64,000 nucleotides of DNA. Origin: an uncultured Solirubrobacterales bacterium. GTDB lineage: Bacteria > Actinomycetota > Thermoleophilia > Solirubrobacterales > Solirubrobacteraceae. The position numbers were made by a program, and so were the translations under genes. Position 1 is the stretch's first letter; each line of letters starts with the position of its first letter. Location of the stretch: the NCBI GenBank assembly GCA_963742025.1, contig CAVUKF010000001.1, positions 2,987 through 66,986 of the forward strand, written 5' to 3'. Below the pieces are notes generated by a model. It made no database searches, was not told the origin of the DNA, and was given only the letters and a program-made list of their open reading frames with translations. This document shows positions 56,130 through 64,000 of this stretch, piece by piece.

Positions 56130-57407
56130 ATGAACATCACTCTGGCCACCCACGGCTTCGCCCATCCGGGCGGCAGCGAGACCTACGTTCTGACGGTCGC
56201 CGAGCAGCTGCAGCGTCTTGGGCACGGGGTGATCATCTTCGCCGGCGAGACCGGTCCGATGGCCGAATTCGCGATCGATCGTGGACTCGAGGTCACGTCT
56301 GAGCTCGGGGCCCTGCAGGGCCGCTGCGACGCGATCCTCGTCCAGGACTCGATCCTGTCCTATCTGCTCGCCGAGCACTACCCGCACGCGCCCCAGCTGT
56401 TCCGCGCCTGCAGCGACCTCTACGATTTTCAGTTGCCACCCTGCCTGCCGGGTGTCGTGGATTCGGTTGTGGTGTGCAGCGACCGGGTCGGCCGGCGGAT
56501 TGCGGCGCTGGCCACGCGCCCGATCATTCACCGACTGCGCCAACCGATCGATACCGAACGGTTCATGCCTGCGGGCAGCCCATCGCCGACGCCGCAAAGG
56601 GCGGTGCTGCTCGGTAATTATCTGCGCGGCGAGCGGTTGGCGATGATTCGCGGCGCGCTCGAGAACCTTGGCGTGGCGTGCCTCCATGTCGGGGCTCTCG
56701 GGGACTCGACGCACCTCCCCGAGCGTGCGATCTGGGCTGCCGACATCGTGGTGGCCAAGGGGAGGGCTGCGCTCGAGGGGATGGCCTGCGGCAGGGCGGT
56801 GTTCGTCTATGACCAGTTCGGCGGCGATGGGTGGGTGACACCGCAGCGCTATCCGTCGATGGAGGCCGACAACTTCGCCGGTCTGTCGGGGCCGTTGATC
56901 GCCACAGGCGAGCAGCTGCAGCACGAGCTGGCGCGTTACAGCCCGGGCATGGGCATCGTCAACCGCGAGCTCGCGATCAGCCATCACGGCGCCCGCGCGC
57001 ACACGCAGGAACTGCTCGCGCTGCTGCAGCAGCGCAACGCGCCGGGCGACCTCGGCGATGCTCCGGGCGACCCCGGCGATGCCTCGCTGCGTGAGCTGTC
57101 CCGGTTGGTCCGTGCGCAATGGCTCGCTGAGCGCCGGGCCCTCGGCTTCGAGCAGGCCAGCCGCCTGGCGCATGAAGCGGCCGAGCTCGCACGGGGCGAA
57201 CTCCAGCGCGCCCACGACAGGGAGGCGCAGCTCGGCGACCGGCTCGAGCGCGCCCTCACCACGGGATCACGGCTGAACGCCGAGCTGGATCTCCTCCGCG
57301 ACGAGCTGCGCCGCTGCCAGAACCTGCTTGGAACCCGACGGGCGCGGATCGGGCTGCGGTTGGGAGATCTCGCAGACGATGCGCGCCGGCGCGTTCGGTC
57401 CCGATGA
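56130..57407 (+). CDS. GT-B glycosyltransferase-like protein with C-terminal coiled coil
   Basis: GGSETY, GH.V, IDTERF, ADIVV.KGR.ALEGMACGR. Confidence 0.78.
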   Translation: MNITLATHGFAHPGGSETYVLTVAEQLQRLGHGVIIFAGETGPMAEFAIDRGLEVTSELGALQGRCDAILVQDSILSYLLAEHYPHAPQLFRACSDLYDFQLPPCLPGVVDSVVVCSDRVGRRIAALATRPIIHRLRQPIDTERFMPAGSPSPTPQRAVLLGNYLRGERLAMIRGALENLGVACLHVGALGDSTHLPERAIWAADIVVAKGRAALEGMACGRAVFVYDQFGGDGWVTPQRYPSMEADNFAGLSGPLIATGEQLQHELARYSPGMGIVNRELAISHHGARAHTQELLALLQQRNAPGDLGDAPGDPGDASLRELSRLVRAQWLAERRALGFEQASRLAHEAAELARGELQRAHDREAQLGDRLERALTTGSRLNAELDLLRDELRRCQNLLGTRRARIGLRLGDLADDARRRVRSR

Positions 57408-58147
57408 GCTCCTTCAAGCCCTCACCGCTGGCTCCTGGTCTGCTACTCGGCGACAACGTCCACCTCGGGAAGCGCCTGGTGCTCGGAGCGCACGTTGTGA
57501 TCCATGACGGTGTGAGCGTCGGTGACGACTGCACGATCGAGGACGGTGCGGTGCTCGGCAAGTCGCCCCGGCTCGGCAGCCACTCGCGTGCGCCGGCACC
57601 GTTGCCGGGGCCACTGGTGCTCCGGGACGGCGCGACCGTCTGCTCGCATGCCGTCCTCTGTGTCGGAGTGCACGTCGGCGCCGGCGCCGTGATCGGCGAT
57701 CACGTGTTCCTGCGGGAGGGTGCGAGGATCGGCGCAGAGACCGTGATCGGGCAGGGCTGCGCGATCGGGCGCGGCGTTCTCGTCGGCCGCCGCGTGCGCC
57801 TGCAGAACAACGTCATCATCGCGCCCGATTCGGTGCTGGAGGACGACGTGTTCTTCGGTCCGCTGGTTGCGGTCGCGAATGACCCGACGATGGGGCGGCG
57901 GGAGGCGACGGGGGAACGCCTGCAGGGCGTGATCGCCCGGCGTGGTTGCCGAGTCGGCGCGAGTGCTGTGCTGATGCCCGGGATCGAGATCGGGGTCGAG
58001 GCCGTGGTCGGCGCGGGAGCGATCGTGACGCGCTCGGTACCGGACCGCACCGTCGTGATCGGGGCTCCGGCTCGTGCGCTGCGCACGGTCGAGGACAGAG
58101 AGCTGCTCCAGCGAGGAGCCGATCAGGATCTGATACAGCCGCTGTGA
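57404..58147 (+). CDS. hexapeptide-repeat (left-handed beta-helix) acetyltransferase, WbpD-like
   Basis: Repeated (I/V)G....hexapeptides; EDDVFFGP, GAGAIVTRSVP, G.PAR. Confidence 0.85.
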   Translation: MSSFKPSPLAPGLLLGDNVHLGKRLVLGAHVVIHDGVSVGDDCTIEDGAVLGKSPRLGSHSRAPAPLPGPLVLRDGATVCSHAVLCVGVHVGAGAVIGDHVFLREGARIGAETVIGQGCAIGRGVLVGRRVRLQNNVIIAPDSVLEDDVFFGPLVAVANDPTMGRREATGERLQGVIARRGCRVGASAVLMPGIEIGVEAVVGAGAIVTRSVPDRTVVIGAPARALRTVEDRELLQRGADQDLIQPL

Positions 58148-58181
58148 TTGCAGGCGCCGCGGTTGACAGCGCGGTCTGGAT

Positions 58182-58206
58182 GTGACAGACCTACATTGAA
58201 TGTCAC
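58182..58206. promoter_or_regulatory. palindromic TetR operator overlapping the tetR start
   Basis: GTGACA-13 bp-TGTCAC; TTGACA at 58163. Confidence 0.55.
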
Positions 58207-58829
58207 TATCGAACACTCAAGGCGCTGGTGCTGGGGGCAGCACGCCATCGTCCGGACCGGCCGACGGTCGGATCCTGGACGCGGCCTACCAGCAGGTGAT
58301 GCTGGTGGGGTTCCGGCGAACGACGCTGACCGATGTCGCCGAGCGCGCCGGCTTGAGCCGGATGACCGTGTACCGGCGCTATCCGGATGTCACGAGCGTC
58401 CTGCAGGCGCTGATGATCCGCGAGTTCTCCTGGATCGTGGAGCAGGCACGACCGGAGGCTGATGTTGCTCTGAGCGAGCGTCAGCGGATCGTCGCGGAGG
58501 CGGTGACCGGGTTGGAGCTGATCAGCACCAACGAGCTGTTCCTGCGGCTGCTCGACGTCGACCCCGAGATGCTGCTGCCCTACATCACAGTGCGACCCGG
58601 CCGGTTCCAGGACGCAGCGGCGGTCGTGCTCGAGGAGCACCTGAGGACTGGGATGGCCGATGGCTCGGTGCGTCGCGACGACCCCGCCAGGGTGGCACGC
58701 TCGATGCTCCTGGCGATGCGCGGGTTTGCGTTCGCGGCGCGCGCGGACTGGACCCGCGCGCAATGGCGCCTGGCACTCGGGGATCTCGAACGAATGCTTG
58801 ACGGGCTCCTGGCGCCGGTGCAGCGATGA
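58200..58829 (+). CDS. TetR-family regulator (Rv2250c-like)
   Basis: ILDAA...G.RRTTL.DVA.RAG.SR.TVYRR.PD. Confidence 0.9.
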   Translation: MSLSNTQGAGAGGSTPSSGPADGRILDAAYQQVMLVGFRRTTLTDVAERAGLSRMTVYRRYPDVTSVLQALMIREFSWIVEQARPEADVALSERQRIVAEAVTGLELISTNELFLRLLDVDPEMLLPYITVRPGRFQDAAAVVLEEHLRTGMADGSVRRDDPARVARSMLLAMRGFAFAARADWTRAQWRLALGDLERMLDGLLAPVQR

Positions 58830-60442
58830 CGCGCTGCTCGCACCTGAACGCTCCGCGCCGGGCGCGTGAGCTGGCCGACCTGGCCGACGGCCGGCAGGTC
58901 GATCTGGTCGTGATCGGCGGCGGGATCACCGGCTGCGGAGTTGCCCTGGATGCTGCGAGTCGCGGCCTATCGGTGGCGCTGCTCGAGCGCCACGACCTTG
59001 CGCACGGAACGAGCCGCTGGAGCTCGAAGCTCGTCCACGGCGGCTTGCGCTACCTGGCGCAGGGCCAGTTCGCGGTGGCGGCCGAGTCCGCGCGTGAGCG
59101 CGGGATCCTGATGGCGCGCACGGCGCCGCACCTGTGCCGGCCATTGGCGTCGGTGATCCCGCTGACGGAGCGGATCGGCCGTCAGCAGAGCGCGGTGCTG
59201 CAGATCGGCTACCGGATGGGCGACCTGCTTCGGCTCGGCGCCGGGACGAGCAGCCGTCAGCTGCCGCGACCACGGCGGGTCGCGGTCCCCGAGGCCAGGG
59301 CGCTGCTGCCGGCGCTGCGCTCAAGCGGGGTGCGTGGCGCGATCGTCGGCTGGGACGGCCAGCTGGAGGACGACGCGCGGCTCGTGGTCGCGGTCGCGCG
59401 CACGGCCGCCGCTCACGGCGCGATGATCCTCACACGCTGTGGGGTGAGCGCGGTTGAGAGGGGCCGCGTTCATGCGCGCGACGAGTTGACCGGCGAGGAG
59501 CTGGAGATCAGCGCGCGCCACGTCGTCAACGCGACCGGGGTATGGGCGGGCGAACTGGCGCCCGGGGTGGCGCTGCGGCCGAGCAAGGGCGCGCACGTGA
59601 TCGTCGACGCCGCGCGGCTCGGGTATCCGCGCGGCGCCCTGACCGTGCCGGCGCAGGGCGAGGGAGCGAAGTTCGTGTTCGCGATCCCGATGTCGGATGG
59701 GCGCGTCGAGATCGGGCTGACCGACGACGCGTTCGAGGGCCCGATCCCCGATGAGCCGACCGTCGAGCCGAGTGAGGAGCGCTTCCTGCTCGAGACGATC
59801 TCGACCGCCCTGCAGGCGCCGCTGAGCAGCGCCGACGTGATCGGGCGATTCGCCGGCCTGCGGCCGTTGCTCGATCACGACGGGGGCGGGACCGTTGACC
59901 TCTCTCGCCGGCACAGCCTGATCGATGATCCCGCGAGCGGGATGCTGACCGTCGTGGGCGGCAAGCTCACCACCTATCGCCGGATGGCGCAGGACGCCGT
60001 CGACCGCATTGCCGCACGCCCCGGCACCCAAGCCGGGGCGTGCGAGACCACGCGGTTGGCGCTCGTCGGAGCGCCCTCGCCCGGCGAACGATCCCCCGGC
60101 GGTGTGCCGGAGCGGCTCGTGCGCCGCTATGGCGCTGAGGCGCAGGCGATCGCAGCGCTCGCCGCGCAGAAACCGGGACTGCTCGATCCAGTTGCAGAGG
60201 GTGTCGACGTGCTCGGCGTCGAGTTCGCGTTCTCGATCGGATCTGAGTTGGCACTCACCGCCGACGATCTGCTTGATCGCCGCACGCGGCTCGGTCTCGT
60301 GCCGGCGCAGCGCGCCAGGGCTCGGTCAGCAGCGCAGGCGGCACTCGCCGCGCCGGTCCCGGCTCGAGCTGAGCGTCACCGAGCCCGGCCCCGCGCGACC
60401 GGGTGGATCAGGCGCGCAAGGACCAGCCGTGTCGCTGACTGA
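58826..60442 (+). CDS. glpD: FAD glycerol-3-phosphate dehydrogenase/oxidase (GlpD2-like)
   Basis: IGGGITG, GTSRWSSKLVHGGLRYL, DDARL, NATGVWA, AGLRPL, SRRH, GGKLTTYR.MA. Confidence 0.9.
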   Translation: MTRCSHLNAPRRARELADLADGRQVDLVVIGGGITGCGVALDAASRGLSVALLERHDLAHGTSRWSSKLVHGGLRYLAQGQFAVAAESARERGILMARTAPHLCRPLASVIPLTERIGRQQSAVLQIGYRMGDLLRLGAGTSSRQLPRPRRVAVPEARALLPALRSSGVRGAIVGWDGQLEDDARLVVAVARTAAAHGAMILTRCGVSAVERGRVHARDELTGEELEISARHVVNATGVWAGELAPGVALRPSKGAHVIVDAARLGYPRGALTVPAQGEGAKFVFAIPMSDGRVEIGLTDDAFEGPIPDEPTVEPSEERFLLETISTALQAPLSSADVIGRFAGLRPLLDHDGGGTVDLSRRHSLIDDPASGMLTVVGGKLTTYRRMAQDAVDRIAARPGTQAGACETTRLALVGAPSPGERSPGGVPERLVRRYGAEAQAIAALAAQKPGLLDPVAEGVDVLGVEFAFSIGSELALTADDLLDRRTRLGLVPAQRARARSAAQAALAAPVPARAERHRARPRATGWIRRARTSRVAD

Positions 60443-62045
60443 ACGCGTGCCGTACATGCACTGGTCGGGATGGGGCATCGCCGGCGAGCAGCGCCCGTTG
60501 TCGGAGACGCAGCGCAGCCTGGTGACCCAGGCGCTCGGGGTCAAGGACCCGGGACACCCTGCGGTGGCCCTGGATCAGATCGCCCTGACTCCGCCCTGGC
60601 TCGACGGTGAGGCACGCAGCGCGCTCGAGGGAGTCGTCGGCGCCGAGCATGTGCTTGACGACCACGACGCCCGCGTCCTGCACGCCTACGGCAAGAGCAC
60701 GCCTGATCTCCTGCGGATGCGGGCGGGAGCAGTGCCGCAAGCGCCTGACGCGATCGTGCTCCCGGGCTGCCACGACGAGGTCGTGGCGGTGCTGCGTGCC
60801 TGCTCCGAGCATCGCGTCGCGGTCGTGCCATTCGGCGGCGGGACGAGCGTCGTCGGAGGGCTCGAGCCACTGCGCGGAGAGCTCGAGGGGCTGATCTCGT
60901 TGGACCTGCGGCGGCTGGACCGGCTCGTGGAGGTCGACGAGCTGTCGCTGACCGCGACGCTGCAGGCCGGCCTACGAGGGCCGGAAGCCGAGGCGCTGCT
61001 GGCCGAGCACGGTCTGATGCTCGGCCACTACCCGCAGAGCTTCCGTTACGCGACGATCGGCGGTTTCGCCGCGACCCGATCATCCGGCCAGGCATCCGCC
61101 GGCTACGGCCGCTTCGACGCGGTCGTCCTCGGCCTGAAGGTCGCGACGCCGTCGGGAACGATCGAGCTCGGACGAGCACCCGCAAACGCCGCCGGTCCCG
61201 ACCTGCGTCAGCTGTTCCTCGGCTCCGAGGGGCTGCTCGGTGTGATCACCGAGGTGACGATCCGGGTGCCGCGAATTCCGCAGCGTCGCTGTTACGAGGC
61301 GTGGTCGCTGCCCGACTTCAGCGCCGGTCGGGAGGCCCTGCGCCGACTTGCCCAGGAGGCTGCGCTTCCAACCGTGGTACGGCTCTCCGACGAACTCGAG
61401 ACGCTCCTCACAGGTGGCCAGTCACAGGAGGCCGGCGAGGGGCTTGCCGGCAGATCCGCGGTCCCCGGGTGTCTGCTCGTCACCGGCTACGAGGGCAGCA
61501 CCGCGGCGGTCGAGTCCCGCCGGGCGCTCGCGACCGCGATCCTGCGCGATGCGGGCGCGACCGCCCTCGGTGCGGAGCTCGGCGAGGGCTGGCTGGCCCA
61601 TCGCTTTGATGCTCCATACACCCGTGATCCGCTGCTCGACCTCGGCGTGTTCACCGAGACGCTCGAGACGGTGACCTCGTGGTCAAACCTGCCGTTTGTC
61701 TATGACGCGGTCAGAACCGCTGTCACGCAGGTGCTGGCCGGCGTCGGCAACCCGCTCGTGTGGTGCCACATCTCACACGTCTACGCGAGCGGAGCGTCGC
61801 TGTACTTCACGGTGGCGGCGCCGCTCGGCAGCCGGCCGCTTGAGCGCTGGGGTCAAGCGAAACGAGCGGCATCCGAAGCGATCGTCGCGAATCGCTCCTC
61901 GATCACGCATCACCACGCGGTCGGTCGCGACCACCGCGAGTGGATGACCGCGGAGATCGGCGAGCTTGGCGTCGAGGTGCTGCGGACGGTCAAGGCGAGA
62001 CTGGATCCCGCCGGGATCCTCAACCCCGGCAAGCTCCTGCCCTGA
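60429..62045 (+). CDS. FAD-linked oxidase, alkyl-DHAP synthase-like (Rv2251-like)
   Basis: W.GWG, PFGGGTSVVGG, GHYPQSF, GSEG.LGVITE, CHISH.Y..GASLYFT, THHHAVG, LNPGKL. Confidence 0.88.
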   Translation: MSLTERVPYMHWSGWGIAGEQRPLSETQRSLVTQALGVKDPGHPAVALDQIALTPPWLDGEARSALEGVVGAEHVLDDHDARVLHAYGKSTPDLLRMRAGAVPQAPDAIVLPGCHDEVVAVLRACSEHRVAVVPFGGGTSVVGGLEPLRGELEGLISLDLRRLDRLVEVDELSLTATLQAGLRGPEAEALLAEHGLMLGHYPQSFRYATIGGFAATRSSGQASAGYGRFDAVVLGLKVATPSGTIELGRAPANAAGPDLRQLFLGSEGLLGVITEVTIRVPRIPQRRCYEAWSLPDFSAGREALRRLAQEAALPTVVRLSDELETLLTGGQSQEAGEGLAGRSAVPGCLLVTGYEGSTAAVESRRALATAILRDAGATALGAELGEGWLAHRFDAPYTRDPLLDLGVFTETLETVTSWSNLPFVYDAVRTAVTQVLAGVGNPLVWCHISHVYASGASLYFTVAAPLGSRPLERWGQAKRAASEAIVANRSSITHHHAVGRDHREWMTAEIGELGVEVLRTVKARLDPAGILNPGKLLP

Positions 62046-62099
62046 CACGCCGGCGCTCGACACCCGTCGCCGACAGGTGCGTGGGCGACCGGTCTGCGA

Positions 62100-62597
62100 T
62101 CAGCCGGCGATCGGAATCGTGGGCGGCGCTGAGAGCCTGTCGATCGCCTCCCGCAGCAGGGGGCGCAGGGCGCCAACCAGCTCCGGTCCGTAGAACGGGC
62201 TGCTGCCGTCACGGATCAGCAACGTCGCCTGGGCAAGGCCTCGCGTATCGACCGGCTCGCACCGCTCGAGAACCTCGGCGAGCTCTTCCACCAGGTCCCG
62301 TGAGCGCAGGATCTCGCGGCGAGCCAGTGGTACCGGCGCGCCCCGCGGATTGGGGATGCGAGTGGACTCGACCACGAACCGCCTGTAGCTACGCGCGAGC
62401 CGTCGGCGGGTGGCGGCGCTGTTGAGCGTCTGTGCGTGCAGCGACAGCAGCACATCGGAGTCCGGGCTGACACCGCTGGCCAGCTTCTGTTCGAGCCTGT
62501 AGGAATCGATCCACGCGAGCACCTGCACGTAAAACCGGCAGCGCCGGACGGAGAGCGCGTAGGGATCGCGACCATCTGCGATCAGGGCGGTCGGCAT
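62100..62597 (-). CDS. hypothetical protein
   Basis: GC3-biased ORF; L...LA.G..P...L...A..L and RG.A....L..DG.SP.Y pattern seen in actinobacterial hypotheticals. Confidence 0.6.
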   Translation of the reverse strand: MPTALIADGRDPYALSVRRCRFYVQVLAWIDSYRLEQKLASGVSPDSDVLLSLHAQTLNSAATRRRLARSYRRFVVESTRIPNPRGAPVPLARREILRSRDLVEELAEVLERCEPVDTRGLAQATLLIRDGSSPFYGPELVGALRPLLREAIDRLSAPPTIPIAG

Positions 62598-62646
62598 CAA
62601 ACCCTCTTGTGGCGATCAGCTGGAGCTCAGCTACGTTCCGACAGGT

Positions 62647-63195
62647 TTACCACGCCTGATCGTGGTCGCCAAGTTGAGGACAGCCTTGCTTCTTGCGCTG
62701 CCGGAGCCAGTCGAGCGCCAGCCCGCTGATCACAACGACCGCCGCCAGGTTGATCGCGAGATCTGCGATGTTGAGGCTGCCGGAGGAGAGCGTCGGCTTG
62801 ATCCAGTCGATGACGCTGCCGCGAAGCGGCCCGGGCGCACGAAGCAGGCGGTCAAGGAGGTTTCCGATCCCGCCGCCGAGCAGCAGTCCGAGCCCGACCG
62901 CAAACGTCGTCGTGCGCACCTGCCAGGCTGCGCCTGCGATCAATGCGACCGCGATCAGGCTGAGCAATGAGACCAGCACCGGGTGACCCTGAAGGATGTT
63001 CCCCGGACCGGCGAAGTTGAGGTAGAGCTCGAAGTGGAAGCGCCCGCCGAGCACGTTGACCAGCCCGCGCCCGGCGAGCACATGCGCCGCGATCGCCTTG
63101 GTGATGGCGTCGAGCGCCACCACCACCGCCGCGACCGCGGCGACGAGACGGCGCTTCGAACCTCCCGACGCGCCGCTTGCGGTGTCCGGGGTCAG
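62647..63195 (-). CDS. lspA: lipoprotein signal peptidase II (start uncertain)
   Basis: LD.ITK, GGGIGNLLDR, VIDWI, NIAD catalytic Asp motifs. Confidence 0.8.
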   Translation of the reverse strand: MTPDTASGASGGSKRRLVAAVAAVVVALDAITKAIAAHVLAGRGLVNVLGGRFHFELYLNFAGPGNILQGHPVLVSLLSLIAVALIAGAAWQVRTTTFAVGLGLLLGGGIGNLLDRLLRAPGPLRGSVIDWIKPTLSSGSLNIADLAINLAAVVVISGLALDWLRQRKKQGCPQLGDHDQAW

Positions 63196-63656
63196 CCGGT
63201 CACCGATCCGGTCGCGGTCCAGCTCGATGCTGCGCCGAAACTGCCCGTGGTGAAGTGCGAGGTGATCTCGCCCTTCGCGCGGCCACGGCTCTGGAACGTG
63301 CCGGTGACCGTGTCGGTGCCGAAGCTCTTGGTTGACCCCGGGCCGATCAGTTTGACCTTGAGCTCGAACGTGCCCTTCTTGGAGATGCGCGCTGAGGCGC
63401 CGGTCACGCTGGGGACGCCGCCACAGGCGCCGCTGCACTTGAACGGCGTCTGCGCGTCGAGGTCGACGACTTGCTTGCCGTTGGCCGACACCTTGAACGA
63501 GATCGCCGCCGTCATCCCGCCCTTGTAGTGGCCGATGTAGGACCCATCCTTGACCGCATTCGACGCAAGCGCAATCCCGGCGCTCGCCAGCGCGGCGCCG
63601 GCGGCGATCGCGCCACCCCTGCGCAGGTGCCTGCCAAGCCCGTGTCCGATCTCCAT
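63192..63656 (-). CDS. secreted hypothetical protein
   Basis: GGAGG RBS before ATG 63656; signal peptide ending ALA; one Cys pair. Confidence 0.7.
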   Translation of the reverse strand: MEIGHGLGRHLRRGGAIAAGAALASAGIALASNAVKDGSYIGHYKGGMTAAISFKVSANGKQVVDLDAQTPFKCSGACGGVPSVTGASARISKKGTFELKVKLIGPGSTKSFGTDTVTGTFQSRGRAKGEITSHFTTGSFGAASSWTATGSVTG

Positions 63657-63729
63657 GCCCAACCTCCCGTCGTCGTGTGAGGAGCAACCACAGCCGAGTT
63701 TATTCGGGTTTGGTCCCCGCGGGCCGGGA

Positions 63730-63768
63730 TTGACAGCCTGTCCCAATTCGGCTACTCTGGATAGAGTA
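63730..63768 (+). promoter_or_regulatory. sigma70-type promoter with palindromic PadR-type operator
   Basis: TTGACA(63730)-17 bp-TACTCT(63753); TACTCT-GGAT-AGAGTA perfect palindrome. Confidence 0.75.
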
Positions 63769-63785
63769 TTCGATGCAGGAGCTTA

Positions 63786-64000
63786 ATGCCGGCCCGTCAC
63801 CGCAGCAACCCGCTTGCCCTCGCCGTCCTGATCTGTCTCGCCGAGCGCCCCATGCACCCCTACGAGGTCTCGACCACGCTGCGTCAGCGCCAGAAGCACG
63901 AGAGCGTGCGGCTCAACTACGGTTCCCTCTACGCGGTCGTGGCGTCACTGGTGAAGCGGGGCCTGATCGCGGCGCAGGGCACCCGCCGGGAGGGACGGAT
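63786..64000 (+). CDS. PadR-family regulator, 5' part only
   Basis: MPARHRSNPLALAVLICLAERPMHPYE...LNYGSLY...L.KRGLI; AGGAG RBS. Confidence 0.88.
   Translation, partial: MPARHRSNPLALAVLICLAERPMHPYEVSTTLRQRQKHESVRLNYGSLYAVVASLVKRGLIAAQGTRREGR

Noticed and set aside
55218-57215. 1186-aa GH2 and 729-aa glycosyltransferase as overlapping genes
   Set aside because: Each extension is the antisense of the other gene; real starts are 56054 (Tat signal) and 56130.

Overview
High-GC actinobacterial DNA. The gene content, frequent leaderless starts and secreted proteins with basic C-terminal domains suggest Thermoleophilia/Solirubrobacterales (inference). Bases ~1-28 kb form a dense catabolic island: a B12-dependent diol dehydratase (fused large+medium subunit plus small subunit, altered substrate pocket), an orphan and strongly diverged GcvPA/GcvPB pair behind a COG3199 NAD-kinase-like gene, an R2-like ligand-binding oxidase with a tiny Cys/His protein, two P450s, ADH/ALDH/lactonase, an APH-type kinase, a gamma-glutamyl ligase/hydrolase pair and a 4-hydroxyphenylacetate-type meta-cleavage set. 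Three matching GntR-type boxes link part of the island. This is the best candidate for an undescribed system, most plausibly an aryl-amino-alcohol/amine catabolic pathway. The rest holds accessory genes: ogt, DmpA, MocR, a YtrA-ABC module, repeat-rich secreted proteins, a LAL regulator/methyltransferase/hydrolase-glycosyltransferase module, GH2, TetR-glpD-alkylDHAP synthase-like genes, lspA and padR. Several short-run frameshifts suggest long-read indel errors. I saw no rRNA, tRNA, CRISPR array or transposase. All family assignments come from motifs recognised by eye; no database search was run.
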